From Eledone cirrhosa (taxonomy: Eukaryota): a stretch of 64,000 nt of DNA. This document shows, piece by piece, positions 1 through 15,807 of this stretch; the stretch's first letter is position 1; the number at the start of each line of letters is the position of its first letter. The notes beneath the pieces were generated by a model. The model was not told the DNA's origin, made no database searches, and saw only the letters and a list, made by a program, of their open reading frames with translations. Both the position numbers and the translations under genes were made by a program. The stretch lies in contig OZ024740.1 in the NCBI GenBank assembly GCA_964016885.1, positions 299,584,001 to 299,648,000 of the forward strand. Reading direction: 5' to 3'.

Positions 1-141
1 GGTCATTAAATGCTATCAATGTTTTCCTAGCCGATAATATAATATGCATTTCATTGCTAGTTAGGTCTGTATGTTTGAATGCGTAATTTAGTGCCTTATT
101 TAGTAGATTAGGGGTAATAGAAGAATAATAGTTAATAATAG

Positions 142-906
142 TTAATAATTATTATTATTGTTATATTTAATTTGCTTAAACCACTCAACAACCTCTCCAG
201 TTCCCTTCCACAAGCTCTGGTTAGGTAAACAATCCAAGTTCTTAATTTGCTGTATCACCCTGTCAAGAATGTTTTTGCTTAATTTGCCCAGGTCCGATTT
301 TGATGGTGCGATCAATCTAACTGGCAAGTCATTTTCAAAATTGCTCTTGTGATCTTTCATATTGATCTTCGGTTTCCTGGGCACGAAAGGTTGTGTTCTG
401 TTCTCAATTTCCAACTCGTGCATTATACAAGATGCTTCGACATTCATTTTCTCAAGCTCGGCCTTATCTGCTACCTTGTACTTTTTCCTCAATTCCTTCA
501 GTATGAGGCCATTATACATGTCTTTCTGCACTCCATAGAGGTTGTTGGTCTTGTCAGATTTCACCAAGATCTTCTCAGTTTTCTCTAAGCTCTCAATATT
601 ATCCTTAATGCCTTTCAGGTATTCCTGGCCTTTGAAGTTTCTTTTGAATTTGACCCCTTGTATGATAGAAATTATATCGTTTTCAAAGTCAGATAACAGT
701 TTGTTAGGGGGTGGATTTCTTTTAGATTTGAAAACTTTGTTTAAGTCCGAGACATTTTCATTTATATTAGATTTATCAAAGTGGAATGCTCGCCACCTGA
801 TTCTCCTTATAAAAGAGTCAGATTTATCTATTAATTGTTTTATAAAGTCTTTGTTTCTAGGTAGAGGTATGTCTTTTAAAGAGGAAGTAATCTTAAAGAA
901 TTCCAT
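142..906 (-). pseudogene. N-terminal half of a Penelope-like (Naiad-type) reverse transcriptase ORF; disrupted at RT motif A and continuing off the left edge of the window
   Basis: The translation has PLE N-terminal motifs FIRRIRWRAFHF, KSDKTNNLY (DKT variant of DKG), PKINMKDHK and PVRLIAP. It stops in an AAT/TAT slippage tract. The reading resumes in another frame as IINYYSSITPNLLNKALNYAFKH (about 138 down to 1) without the motif-A Asp. Confidence 0.85.
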
Positions 907-1084
907 TTTTTCAGTTATAATATAAAGCGCTCAACAGTATTGGAGCAAGATACATGGAAAGTTATATTTAAATTGTTGGGTTACAACTAGTAAATATTTA
1001 TAACTGATATAAAAGCACTCGACAAGTATTTGGAGTATATTTACGATATTAAATAAATGGAAACTATATTTATAAAACCATATT

Positions 1085-1150
1085 TATTTCATTATATATA
1101 TTTCAGGGATATCATATTAACAATATGCTATGCCTTCCTCAGACAAAATA
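1085..1150 (-). ncRNA. Type I hammerhead ribozyme in the PLE 5' pLTR
   Basis: Exact reverse complement of the 4032-4097 motif. Confidence 0.8.
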
Positions 1151-1290
1151 CAATATAGACAGTTTTATAGATAAATAGATTTGACATACCGTTTAACATC
1201 GACTTGTATTTGAAAAGTTGATTTGGCAGTGAAAAAAATTGTAAACAGAAAGAAAGAAAGAGAGAAAAAAGGAAAGAAAGAAAAGAAAAA

Positions 1291-2709
1291 AATCTACTAA
1301 ATAAGGCACTAAATTACGCATTCAAACATACAGACCTAACTAGCAATGAAATGCATATTATATTATCGGCTAGGAAAACATTGATAGAATTTAATGACCA
1401 ACTATGGACCAGAGCAGATAGAGATAGCAATTTTGACATTACTATGGGATCATCCGACTCAGCTCAGGTAACTGACCTTGTGGGCTTATTTTTAATCAAT
1501 TCGCTACATAGGAAAATACCTGGTACTACCGGAGGTTTATATAGAGATGACATGCTTTTACTTATTGATAATAATAACTCTGAACTAAATAGAAAATGTA
1601 AACAAATTACACAATTTTTTAATTACTTTAATCTTAAAATAGAAATTGAGAACAACCATAGAATAGTCAATTTCCTAGATATAACATTAAATCTCAACAC
1701 ATGTCTTCACTATCCTTTTCACAAGTTGAATGAAAACTTAAACTATGTCAGCTTTAACTCTAACCACCCCAGATCTGTCAAAAACACTATAGTAAACTCT
1801 GTACAAAAACGTATCTCTAGAATCTCATCCAATAGAAAGATTTTCGACGAAAAAGCCCAGTACTACAATGAAGCGTTAGCTAGACCAGGATATAGTGATA
1901 AGATTATGTACATAGATAATGATAGACAAACTAAACAAAATAACAACTATTTTAATTACGGCAACAACCTTAACAACTATAATAGAAAGCATTACAATAA
2001 TTCCAAAAGCCAAAAAAGAAATAGAACTAGGAACATAATTTGGTTTGCCCCCCCCCCCCCCCCTTTCTCACTAAACATTAAAACCCACATCGCTAAACTA
2101 TTTTTTAAAGCTCTTGATAATCGCTTCCCCAGAACACATAGGTATCACTCAATTTTCAATAGACATACTATAAAATTAACCTACTCATCCACCAAAAATT
2201 TAGCACAAAATATTAATAGAATAAATAATAGGAACTTAAAACCTAGTGATAATAGCATAAATAATATACAAGTTAACAAATGTAACTGTAGAGATAGATC
2301 TAAATGTCCGTTAAATAACAACTGCTTAGTTAAAAATATAATATACAATTGTAATGTTAAAACTGACTCTAATTCCTTTAACTACGTCGGTTCCACATCG
2401 ACGGAATTTAAACTTCGCTATAATAACCACAAGAATTATTTCACAGATCCAAGCAAAAAATCTTCAACAGCACTATCAGGCGTACTCTGGCAACTTAAGC
2501 TAGATAACGTTAGATATTCGACGGCTTGGAATATAGTCTCAAGAGGGATTCCTTTTAATTCATCCTCTGAGACATGTGACCTCTGCGCAGAGGAGATATT
2601 CTTTATACTAAAATCTAAAAATTCCCTTAATCTACGGACAAATTTATTCAGTTGCTGCAAACATAGATTAAACTCAACTTTTAAATATAAATTTAAATTT
2701 AAAATGTAG
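1291..2709 (+). CDS. 5'-truncated Penelope-like (Naiad-type) RT C-terminal half + Cys linker + GIY-YIG endonuclease
   Basis: Open frame from 1291 (first ATG at 1351) with ITMGS, GGLYRDD, VNFLDITL, SNHP, IIWFxPP, a CxCx5Cx5C linker (CNCRDRSKCPLNNNC), NIIY...YVGST..FKLRYNNH, CDLC..E and CKH. 1291-1399 is the near-exact reverse complement of window 1-109. Confidence 0.92.
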   Translation, partial: NLLNKALNYAFKHTDLTSNEMHIILSARKTLIEFNDQLWTRADRDSNFDITMGSSDSAQVTDLVGLFLINSLHRKIPGTTGGLYRDDMLLLIDNNNSELNRKCKQITQFFNYFNLKIEIENNHRIVNFLDITLNLNTCLHYPFHKLNENLNYVSFNSNHPRSVKNTIVNSVQKRISRISSNRKIFDEKAQYYNEALARPGYSDKIMYIDNDRQTKQNNNYFNYGNNLNNYNRKHYNNSKSQKRNRTRNIIWFAPPPPPFSLNIKTHIAKLFFKALDNRFPRTHRYHSIFNRHTIKLTYSSTKNLAQNINRINNRNLKPSDNSINNIQVNKCNCRDRSKCPLNNNCLVKNIIYNCNVKTDSNSFNYVGSTSTEFKLRYNNHKNYFTDPSKKSSTALSGVLWQLKLDNVRYSTAWNIVSRGIPFNSSSETCDLCAEEIFFILKSKNSLNLRTNLFSCCKHRLNSTFKYKFKFKM

Positions 2710-4031
2710 TATATTTAGTTTGATTTATAATTATTTGGGAAACTAGCCGATAAATCTTTCGATTTCTTCTTTTTATTCTTCTTTTTATTTTTATTTTTAT
2801 TTAAACATTCTTCATGAAAAATTAAACTACCTTAAAAGTTGATGCTCCAAATATTTCGAATAAACGTTACACTAGATAAACTTCTATATTAAATATAAGA
2901 ACACATGTAGACCAAATGGGCATCCTAAACTTTTTAAAATGATTTTTGCTAGACGCGATTTGATAAATAATTTTTAGCTTTATCTGTTTTCGACTCTGAT
3001 GCTTATAATGAACTTGACAATATATTGTCAATTAATTTTGAAGGGTTGATCTTTGTGGTTTGTTTTTATTATTGTAGTATTTTCTAATATTTTTATTTTT
3101 AATATGTAATATTTTTAATATGTAATATTTTTTCGTAATATTTTTTAGTTTTCTATTTTATTATTATTTATTATTATTATTATTATTATTTTTTTTTTTG
3201 GTTTTTGTTTCTGATATTTTTTATTAATATATTGAAATCTGTTCTCTATTTCTGCTTGATAGATAATCACGCAGAGTAAAGACAAGATTAGTAGTAATAT
3301 AGACTCTATATATATGTGTATATATATACACATATATGTATACTTAAATTTTTATAGCACAATGAGAATGTTCTCCGTGGAAAATTGGGGTTTGCAGAGT
3401 AAATTCACATCGATGTTTGTAGTTATCATATAAACATATGAATTTTTAAAACTAAACATAAGATCATTACTTTTCACACATTATGGATACGTGTCTCATT
3501 CAGGAATACTGATATTTTCATTAGAGTGCCTGGTTTCTATACATACTAATACTTCTACATTAAAACATAGGTTTTTATGCCTCGCCTATGTCTGGTTACT
3601 TTTCATTTTTCTCTCTATATAACAGCTGGTTTCTCTACTAACCACATATATCTCCCTTACATTAATACTAGAACTAAATAAATAAATAAATAAATAAATG
3701 TATCATTGATACGTTTATTCAACGGATGTCCAACCCCCTACTTTTCTCTATATATCTATCTCTATCTATCTCCTCTCTCTATATATATCTCTGTTTCTTT
3801 ACATGAAGTTCTTCTCTTTATCTATCTTTCCATCTCTCTATTTTGTTCCATGCATTTCTTCTTTTTCTTCTTTTTCTTCGTTTTCTTTCTTTCTTTCTTT
3901 TCTTTCTTTCCTTTTTTCTCTCTTTCTTTCTTTCTGTTTACAATTTTTTTCACTGCCAAATCAACTTTTCAAATACAAGTCGATGTTGAACGGTATGTCA
4001 AATCTATTTATCTATAAAACTGTCTATATTG

Positions 4032-4097
4032 TATTTTGTCTGAGGAAGGCATAGCATATTGTTAATATGATATCCCTGAAATATATATAATGAAATA
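4032..4097 (+). ncRNA. Type I hammerhead ribozyme in the PLE 3' pLTR
   Basis: Stem I TATTTTGT/ATGAAATA; core CTGAGGA; long stem II AGGCATAGCATATT/AATATGATATCCCT (2 mismatches); GAAA; palindromic ATATAT stem III; AUA cleavage triplet. Confidence 0.8.
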
Positions 4098-4137
4098 AAT
4101 ATGGTTTTATAAATATAGTTTCCATTTATTTAATATC

Positions 4138-6590
<2,453 letters not shown>

Positions 6591-6917
6591 GTTATTCTAT
6601 ATCATTCAATATTACAATTACTTGAAAATTACCACGTTTTGAATAGGTGCTGGCTTTTTAACATGCAACAGTAACTGGCTGAATGTATAAGGTATTGAGT
6701 TATCTTCTCTTGAATAAGCGATTATCATTTCCGATAGCGTTTGTGGATGCCAAAACATTTGAAGAAAGGCATTTTATTATATTAATTCATATAACACATT
6801 TATGAAAAATATAATTGTTTCTATATAATAGATGTTCTACAATACCAAGCTATGAATTAGCATCGTATTCAGGTGAAGATTCCAAATACTCCAAATACTA
6901 CAAAAATCTTTCTAATA

Positions 6918-7340
6918 GCTGTTTCTACTTCAGGCACAAGGGTAGCAATTTAAAAGGGAGGGGAAAATCGATTAAATCGACCACAGCGTATTACTAGTGC
7001 TTTATTTAATCGACCCCGTAAGGATGAAACGCAAAGGAAACCTCAGCGGGATTTGAACTCAGAACGTAAAGGCCCGTAACTCTATGCCACGAAGCATGTT
7101 GTCCGACGCTATACCGCTACTGCTAATCCGCTACCCTAAAGCCCCTTTTAATAATTGTTTCTACTTTTGGCACAAGGCCAGCAAATACCCAGTACATTAC
7201 TGGTACTTTATTTTATCGATCCCGTAAGGATGAAAGGCAAAGTTAACCTCGGCGGGATTTGAAATCAGAATGACAAGGGCCGTAACTCCATGCATCAAAG
7301 CATGGCGTCCGACCCTCTACCGATACTGCCAATCCATCTA
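6918..7340 (-). mobile_element. Tandem dimer of tRNA-derived SINE family A
   Basis: Two reverse-complement copies of the unit: A-box TGGCAGTATCGG, B-box GAGTTCAAATCC, core TTTGCCTTTCATCCTTACGGGGTCGATAAAATAAAGTACCAG, tail GGCCTTGTGCCAAAAGTAGAAAC-ATTAT. Confidence 0.85.
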
Positions 7341-7589
7341 ATAATGTTAAGTTGTTTTCCGAAAAAGATTTACTTTTGTATCAGGGAATCTCATCAGAGA
7401 CAGGCTATATTTTGTAATCCGAGACCAGACACTATGGAAGAATTATATTTGTCCCACTTACGTTTAAGCTGAATATGTTAGCCAATGATTAAATATTTGA
7501 TGAGTACTTAATAAGATTTTAATTTTCGGGCTTATTAACCTCATCATTGCAGTGCATATTGACATTTACAATGTTTATATTTTCAAAGC

Positions 7590-7760
7590 ATGGCAATCGT
7601 GAGGTTGTGATTTCGAATCCTAGACCGGGTGATGCGTTATGTCCTTGAGGAAGACACTCTATTTTACGTTGCTCCTTCTTCCAGGACAGGAGTTGCGACC
7701 GACAGATAGTATTAGCAATTGGAAAGACCAATGGAAACATTGTTTCTTCGGTCCGATTTG
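7590..7760 (+). mobile_element. CORE-like tRNA SINE fragment (family C)
   Basis: B-box-like GATTTCGAATCC followed by the CORE-like TGTCCTTGAGGAAGACACT. A second copy lies at 18235-18380. Confidence 0.6.
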
Positions 7761-8019
7761 ACTAGGTTCCCCCCACTAGTTAAGCGAATGAAGTCTGCGA
7801 TCTTGTCGATCGACTATCAATATATACAAAATGCTTCGATCAGTTTTTTTATTGAAATGTCGTTAGGTATCATATTCCGGCAAATTTTTATGGTCGCAGA
7901 TAGAACGAAAAACGGGTATGGGGAGTTTATTTCTACACTTCTTCTTATCGTATGATATATGCACATTAGCTAGAGAGGCAGGTCAAGACCAGTGAGCCTG
8001 ACCAAGGCGTAATTTGCAG

Positions 8020-8200
8020 CATTAGGCAGTATCGGTAGAGGGTCGGACTCCATGATTTGCTGCATAGAATAACGGCCCATTACGCTCTGAGTTCAAATCC
8101 CACCCAGGTTAACTTTGCCTTTCATCCTTACGGGGTCGATAAAATAAAGTACCAGTAATGCACTGGGGTAATTGCTGGCCTTGTGCCAAAAGTAGAAACA
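8020..8200 (+). mobile_element. SINE family A copy, inverted relative to 7150-7340
   Basis: A box, B box, core and tail as above. Confidence 0.85.
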
Positions 8201-9229
8201 CTTATGTACAGCCTCCAAGCCGCCTGGAAAACCTCTGAGGGGGAAATCCTGAACAACATGCAGTACTGTATGGTCAGGGTCGCCACAACTATGTGGTGGA
8301 CTGTCTTTGATTTTCCATTGATGGAGATGATTGGCTGTATTGGCCTGTGTTGTGCAGATTTTCTACACTAATAAGAGTGATATCCTTGCACTTTAGAATA
8401 CGCATATAATTACTCCTCGTTTTAGAATAAAAGAAGAAATGATCACCTTTCATAGCGAGTTTATTCATAGCATATCACCTAGAGCCTGGTTCACCTGGTA
8501 CAACAAGCGACAAGGCAAACGACAAAAGAAACGGAATGTTGTTACAACTTAGAAGTCTTATCTGCCAACTGTATAGAAACATTATAGACAACTTATGACA
8601 GTGTTCTTAGACTAACATTTAAAAACTCGAGGCCTAGACACTCTCGCATGAGAGACAATGTAGATTCAAATAGAGGTTTATATATATGCAGATATATTGA
8701 AAAATCAGACAAGATAACGGGAATTGAAATGGGCAAATTTAATCAAGTATGTACGCTATCAACAAAAGAAGGCAACACCCGAAGTTAAATGTTAGTAGAA
8801 TACAGCAACTAATGTCATTGATTGAATGGCATGAAACATTTTATAGCGAATCAAATTACCGCATGCTAGAGACACTTCAAATATAAATGCAAGATATATA
8901 CCATGGCATGTATCGTCGGATAAATAAAAATGTAAATTAAGAAAATGTGAAGAGAACATATCAAATGCTTATAATAGAAATGTTCCAGAATTACGTTATT
9001 TCCTTTCTAAAATAGGTCTTATATCACTACTAATAAAACTATTGAATCAGAGAATATATTACTACATTTGTAATGAAGAGCCGGGAAATTATGCCATGAA
9101 GATGGATACCTAGAAACTGTAAGTAACAAATGATATTCAACAAATGGCTATACTTTCAAGTTGTGCCTAGATCCAGTTTAACATTCGCTTGATGATGAAT
9201 GTGAAGTGTGTACTAAATTCACTCTATAT

Positions 9230-9420
9230 CACCATCATCATCATCATGTTCCCTTACCCCTTTCCAGGGTAGTTGGGACACTGCTGCTTCGAATGCTGCA
9301 CCAACTGCCCCATCTCTAACGGTTATGTGCGAGTGCTTGGGTCGTGGCAAATGTTCATTCAGTTATGTTTTCTGTCCGCCGCATCCTCTGTTTGCTCCCC
9401 CGTCCTCTTTCCCGAACTCT
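9230..9420 (-). mobile_element. RTE-clade LINE 3' end remnant with (GAT)n tail
   Basis: The minus strand translates RGRGSKQRMRRTENITE*T...QALAHNR*RW, resembling the RTE C-terminal GRxRxRW..I..W..A.DR..W, and ends in (GAT)n. Confidence 0.55.
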
Positions 9421-10468
9421 CTATATACACATGACTAAAACAAGCCTCATCAGTATAAAGGCTGGAACCCAAATAATTACATCAATAACAAATATATAAT
9501 AACATCATGGAAAATAGAATTTAGTCATTTAAAAACATAGAACCTTTATATGCACTCTTAATTTATTTCGTGATTGAAAAAGAGTAATAATAATGATTTT
9601 CTACGGGCTAAATGACTATTGTATGGTGTAATTGCTTTAGTTTCCATAAATAGTTTCAGAACAAGTCACTTACAAATTAAGTACAACCTTTAATTGCACA
9701 GTAACACTTGTACTAAATGAATGTGATACACCACATTTCCATTTGGGGAAGCGTTAAAAACATAAAAAAGACAAAAAAAGATATCAATAAAAGAAGAACT
9801 AAATTAACAAAAACAAACAATATACTTTGTATAAACACAATTGCCAGTCCACTAGTAAGTCGTAGTTTCAATAGAACCGTTTAGAAATTAAGGGAAATAA
9901 CAAGCCTAGACATAAATATAAGGAAACAGTATAGGATTTAAATCAGATATTCTAAATCTGATGGCGACTATGATGCACTTTCATGTCAACTCCCTTTTTT
10001 TCGTTCACTCTAGCGGTCACCCATTAAGTAGATGTAGTAGATGCATTAACACCTGCTCCTAACTAATCACCCACTCATTAATGCACTCCTTTTCTCTCCC
10101 CTTCCACATTACCAATAATTAATTCATTTATCCATTTTCTTTCTCGCTCTTTCCTCTTCTCCCCTTATTTCTCCCTCACACATACGTACACTCAAATTAT
10201 ACACTCAGTCATAATCTATCTCATTCCTAACTCACATCATTACCTCCCTTTCTTAATCACTCATTAACTCGATTCTCAATTATCTTCTAATATCATGTCT
10301 TGCTTGAATTTCGATTTTCCCCATAACTCCTCCTTTCATTTTAACAACTTTCTAATTCTATTTGTTTCTTGCTCCATTTTCTTATTTTTTTCCTTAATAC
10401 TTTTTCTGTTTTTTTCTATCCATTTCTCAAAATTTATTTTTATTCATTTTCCTTTTAGTTTTTCCTTT

Positions 10469-10544
<76 letters not shown>

Positions 10545-10874
10545 GCTATCTATCTATCTATCTATCTATCTCTCTTTCTGTCTGACGCGGTAAGACATCG
10601 CCGGTAATATTTTTTGTAAATTTATATACAAAAAACAGAATAAATTGTTTGAAAAAACATTATTTTGTAGATTAACCCCCAAGCTGAATTGTCAGCTGGG
10701 TGTTAATCCAATTTTTCTCCCCTTGGGGGGCGAACATTTTATTTAAAAAATTGTTTTAAAATATCAAATTTTGCCAACTATATAACTTGAACAACATATA
10801 TATAATGTAACTAATTAAAACCAATAAGACCGTCATTTAAATTAGAATTATATATGTATGTATTATTATTTGAT

Positions 10875-11285
10875 AGGTGGATTGGCAGTATCGGTAGAGG
10901 GTCGGACGCTATGCTTTGACGCATAGAGTTACGGCCCTTGCCATTCTGAGTTCGAATCCCACCGAGGTTAACTTTGCCTTTCATCCTTACGAGGTCGATA
11001 AAATAAAGTACCAGTAATGCATTGGGTAATTGCTGGCCTTGTGCCAAAAAGTAGAAACAATTATTTGATACAAAGACGGTTAATTACTAGAATTGTTAAA
11101 GCATAGGACTGATACAACCCGGTTTCTTTATACATTCTGAGTTCAAAATCAGCCGAGGTGAACTTTAACTTTCACCCTTACTGGGTCGATAAAATAAAGT
11201 ACTAATTAAATACTGGAGTTAATATATCAATTTTCCCCTTCCCAAAATTGCTGACATTGTGCCAATTGTAGAACCCATTATTATA
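10875..11285 (+). mobile_element. SINE family A full copy (TSD ATTATTTGATA) plus a partial downstream copy
   Basis: Full unit at 10875-11065 flanked by ATTATTTGATA on both sides; partial unit at ~11130-11285. Confidence 0.85.
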
Positions 11286-13159
11286 AGGCATGTATCTCAT
11301 ACGTTTATGGTTAAACGATATTTAAATGCAGTAGTTGAGGGTAGAATTGTAGTTTCTTTTGGCTAACCGTTGTCAAGATTGTTTTATAGGTGTTTAAGTG
11401 GTTCATATATTATGTATGTTGATCTCACATTAAACCTTTGACTGTCTGTGTGTCTGTTCTGGCTATTGGAGATAGGTCTGGTGTCAGTATATTTTTACTT
11501 TTTATTCAGCAGTCGTCAAAACCTGTAAACACATGATGTACAAAACATTCTTCATCCACAAACCTGTACAAAACCCCGTAGGCTAAGATATTTTGTAACC
11601 ATTATGCGCATTCATTCACAGCATACCTAAAACACCACCTAAAATCTATAACCTACCCCTGTTAACAGACATACATACACACACACATACACGTGCACAC
11701 ACTAATTCAATGCACCAATCAAACCCCCATACGTGCATGACACCAAAGCGAAAGTTACCTCCAAGATAGTAAAGAATGCGTGTACACCTACATAACAATA
11801 CAACAATACACCAGTTATAATATTATCACAGATAGTAACAACTACTGCAACAAATAAATGCGGTAGTATTACTTTATATACATACTCACAAATAGCTAGT
11901 GCACTAGAGGTATGTCGACCAAAAACTTGTCATATATACCATCAATTCTCACTAACAGCGACATTTGTTGCACGGTACACATTAACATTAATTTCCACCA
12001 GGCCTTGCACAAAGAAAGCCACCAACAAGCAGTAACACCACAAGATAAAAACAACACAACATAAATACATTGATATATGTAGTTGTATGCATTCCCACTT
12101 CTATTGATCCTCATGTTTACTTTCTAACCCTATAATAGACTAACAATTAACCCTTAATAAAATCAGAATTCGGTCGTTACACAACTTAGGATGATAAACA
12201 GGTTAAGCCTTCAATCTTTATAGATACACGCTCTTCCCTTCCATCACGTTATTTTCTAGTGTCCTTATATTTATAACCTGAGAGAGCATATTTATAATTA
12301 AGCTATCTATATAAATGTTATATGTGTTCATCTTTCCATTTCGAAACCCCATTTAATAAATTTGATATATTAGTATCATATATGAATTCTGATTTTTAAC
12401 GTATAAAGCAAATTAATTGTCACAGGTATGCAACCATTTATAATAAAATTTCGCCGGAAATAGATTAGTAAAATTTAATAAGCGGGGGTTGGTGGAACAT
12501 ATGAGAAAAAAGTAATAAGCGGGAAGGCGTGGACGATTGTTCGTGACCAGAGAGCAAGTAACTTATTTATAATGCAGTTTCGTCCGTGGGCGCATCCCAC
12601 ACATCACCAGGCTCTAGTCCTCTTCCTCTCCCTTTCTTCTGTGACCCAAGAGCCGGTGCTTTTTCAACCCTTTCTCTCTCATTTATGGCATTTATAGTCC
12701 TTTCCTCTAATTTCCTATACAGTCAGATCTGCCTTTCTTAACTCCCTCCATTCTTATTACTTAATTTTGTTTTTATCTTTCATTTTCATAATTACATCAT
12801 TTTCTAACTTCTTTTTCATTTGTAATGTTTTTTTTGTTCTTTTATATATGCTCTAAGATATTGTAAAACTAATATGAATGGAAATTAACCGATTGGATTA
12901 AAATCCTGTATTTATAGGATCACAGAAGACAGTGCCATTCGTTAGAAGGAATAAGACATAAGTAGGTTTTATCATTAAAATAAATTGACAATTTTATAGT
13001 TCTAGTATTTTATCTTGAAGGTCACTCATTTATTACCTACAATACTATCTTCTTTCTACAGATACAATATTTCTGTTAAGGGCAAGGTGAAAACCACAAG
13101 TTTATCAATCATATCTAGGATCAATTAATTTCATTTGCAATTTGTAGCTATATGATGCA

Positions 13160-13502
13160 TGCATCCATGGTCCCGTAGTTCCTGAGGGAATCGCATGGGG
13201 ACCGTATTAACATATGGTGTTTCCAGGTCATTTTAAAACCTGACCGTGCTAAATTCTCTCCATGTTTGAATACAGCAGATTTCTTCCAGAGAAGGAAAGA
13301 GAGAGTGAGGAAATGGAAGTAAGAAAGAGATATAGAAGAAGAATTGACCCCAGTACTAGACTGGTACTGTTCATTATCGACCGCGAATGGATGAAAGGCA
13401 AAGTTGACCTAGGTGCGATTTGCACTCAGAGAGCAGAGAGTCGAAACGAATACTGCAAATCATTCTATCTAACGTTCTAACGACTCTGCTAATTCACCGC
13501 CT
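13160..13502 (-). mobile_element. SINE family B: same head and core as family A but a different, longer 3' tail
   Basis: Shares the GCCTTTCATCC..GTCGATAA..GTACCAG core. The tail is pyrimidine-rich, then AGAAATCTGCTG...CTACGGGACC. Related copies at ~13893-14205(-), ~27405-27670(-) and ~30800-31105(+). Confidence 0.7.
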
Positions 13503-14769
13503 AGGTATGTGATATTATATTTATAATTCCTACATCCAACTGTATTCCTCATATTTGCTCTAATTATTCATACGTTCTCCTTCTCTAACTACCTTCTTAG
13601 ATAGATATACACTGCTGAATTTCCGCCACTCTCATCGTAATTTAAATTCCATTTTATATATCTTAATTAATTATTTGTAGAATTTAACTTCCTGCACTTC
13701 GTGACACAAACATAATTATTTCTAACATGTTTATAGATAATTATATGTTATAATGACACATATATAATTAAAAGCGGTTAAGGAAAACTTTAATAAAAAT
13801 ACATAATAGTGAATTTTAGCTTTGTGTAATTAAAACAACATTCATAAATATTAGTAAACGTGAAATATATTTTCCTCTCTTTAAACTCGTAATTACTCGT
13901 GGAATCTTAGGGGCACTGTAGAGACATACGGCGTTTCTTGGGCATTTCCTTTAATGTGGCGCAACCCATCTCCTCTACAGATCTGAACACAGCCATTTTT
14001 TTCCAGAGAAGAAGAAACTGATAGAAAGGTAATGCGACAGAGATATGAAGGAAGAATAAGTACATGGCTGGTACTTTTTTTTATCGATCTCGAAGGATGA
14101 AAAGCAAAGTTGACCCCCGCGGAATTTGATCTCAGAGTACAGGATTGGAACAAATATGACAAAGCATTCTGTCCAATGTTCTAACGGCTCAGCCACTTCA
14201 CCACCGGAATATATATTATAGGCAACCCATCAAAATTTGTTATTCGCTTGATTTTCTTCTCATATACCCTTTTTCTCAGTTACTCCGAGAATTTGCCTTT
14301 GTTTAATTAATACCATAATATATAACACCAATTACCGTACACATGAAACAATTTTCATCTTGAAATTAAAATTAAAGCAAATAACATAATTGGTTCTCTT
14401 CTCCTGTCTGTAAATATACACATGGATATCAAAATATATTTTTAATTATCTTATTTTTAATTATCTTAAATCAGCTTCAGCCAAATCTAGAAACTCTTCT
14501 GATATCATGAGTTGCATGTCACTTCTATTTCAAATATAGTAGTATAATTAATTGTCTTTGAAACATACCACTTGCACGTCATGTTTAATCAATAATAAAC
14601 AAGAATTATTGAACTTTAATCCGTATGTCTCCCTTCTCCAGATAAACCAAAACAAAATATCCCATTTGTAAACAACAGACTTGTCAACTCTACCGGTCCG
14701 ACGGGGAGATCTCCTACACACTTTGAGGAGGGTGAGATATGTCATCGCTTGTGCAAATGGTTATAGCGT

Positions 14770-14960
14770 TCGGTGGATAGGCATTATCGGTAGAGGGTCG
14801 GATTCAATGCTCTGTAGCACAGAACTACCTCCCTTTACGGACTGAGTTCAAATTCCGCCGAGGTTAACTTTGCCATTCATCCTTACGGGATCAATAGAAT
14901 AAAGTACTAGTAATGTATTGGGTAATTGCTGGCCTTGTGCCCAAAAGTAGAAACAATTAT
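14770..14960 (+). mobile_element. SINE family A copy
   Basis: A box, B box, core and tail present. Confidence 0.85.
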
Positions 14961-15595
14961 GTAAACTGTTGCCATTTTGCTTCATTTCTCCCCATTTTAG
15001 GGCACGTTTTTTATGATACTCCCCGTTTGGGTTTTTAGAGGTTAGCAGGCCTGAAACACTGATATATAATCCCTCCTTATATGGTATTACAATCAACGCT
15101 TTGAAGATTATTTTTTGCTATTTTATCATGATTGAAATGATAATAAATAAGCTTCCTTTTCAGAAGATTATTAAAAATATTAATAAATCAGATTTTCTTC
15201 ATATAGTTAAGAGTTTCCCGCTTTAACTTTCTTGTACACTTCTCCAACTTCCTATATATTTGGCAAACTTACTTTCACTTCATATTACTCCGGTGATACG
15301 TAAAGCAAGAAAACGAGTTCCTTCAGAACACCTAGCCATACATCATCTAATTAGATAAATCTGAACTTATCCAACTTCCTTTTCTAATAAAAATGAAACC
15401 ATTTCTTTGAGAAAAAAATGTTCGATACACACGCTCACACGTTAAAACACCAACATACACAACAAACTACTAACATATAAACTACCCCCTCTCCCCCCAT
15501 AAACACAAATACACACAAAATCAAAGTAACACGAGTAGACCATAGGCGCCCTTCACATTTCTGCATGAAACACATTCATTATATATAAATCCTCC

Positions 15596-15807
15596 GGTGG
15601 ATTGGCAGTATCTGTAGACGGTGGGACGACCTGCTTAGTAGCAAAGAGTTACGGCCCTTTATTGTCTGAGTTCAAATCCCGCCGAGGTTAACTTTGCCTT
15701 TGATCCTTACGGGGTCGATAAAATAAAGTACCAGTCACGCACTGGGGTCGATTTTATCGACTTTCCCTTCCACACAAAATTGCTGGCCTTGTGCCTATAT
15801 AAGAAAC
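15596..15807 (+). mobile_element. SINE family A copy with 19-bp TSD
   Basis: Flanked by CATTATATATAAATCCTCC (15577-15595) and CATTATATATAGATCCTCC (15808-15826). Confidence 0.88.

Noticed and set aside
2710-3060. SECIS element after the Naiad ORF (ATGA...GA candidates near 2814 and 3008)
   Set aside because: There is no in-frame TGA in the ORF, and the candidate stems do not pair convincingly by eye.
8200-8670. Possible old RTE LINE remnant
   Set aside because: Only a faint resemblance (LKTRGLDTLA.ET); too degenerate to call.
10670-10709. Small hairpin GATTAAC..AGCTGA/TCAGCT..GTTAATC
   Set aside because: Isolated, single copy in the window, with no associated element ends.
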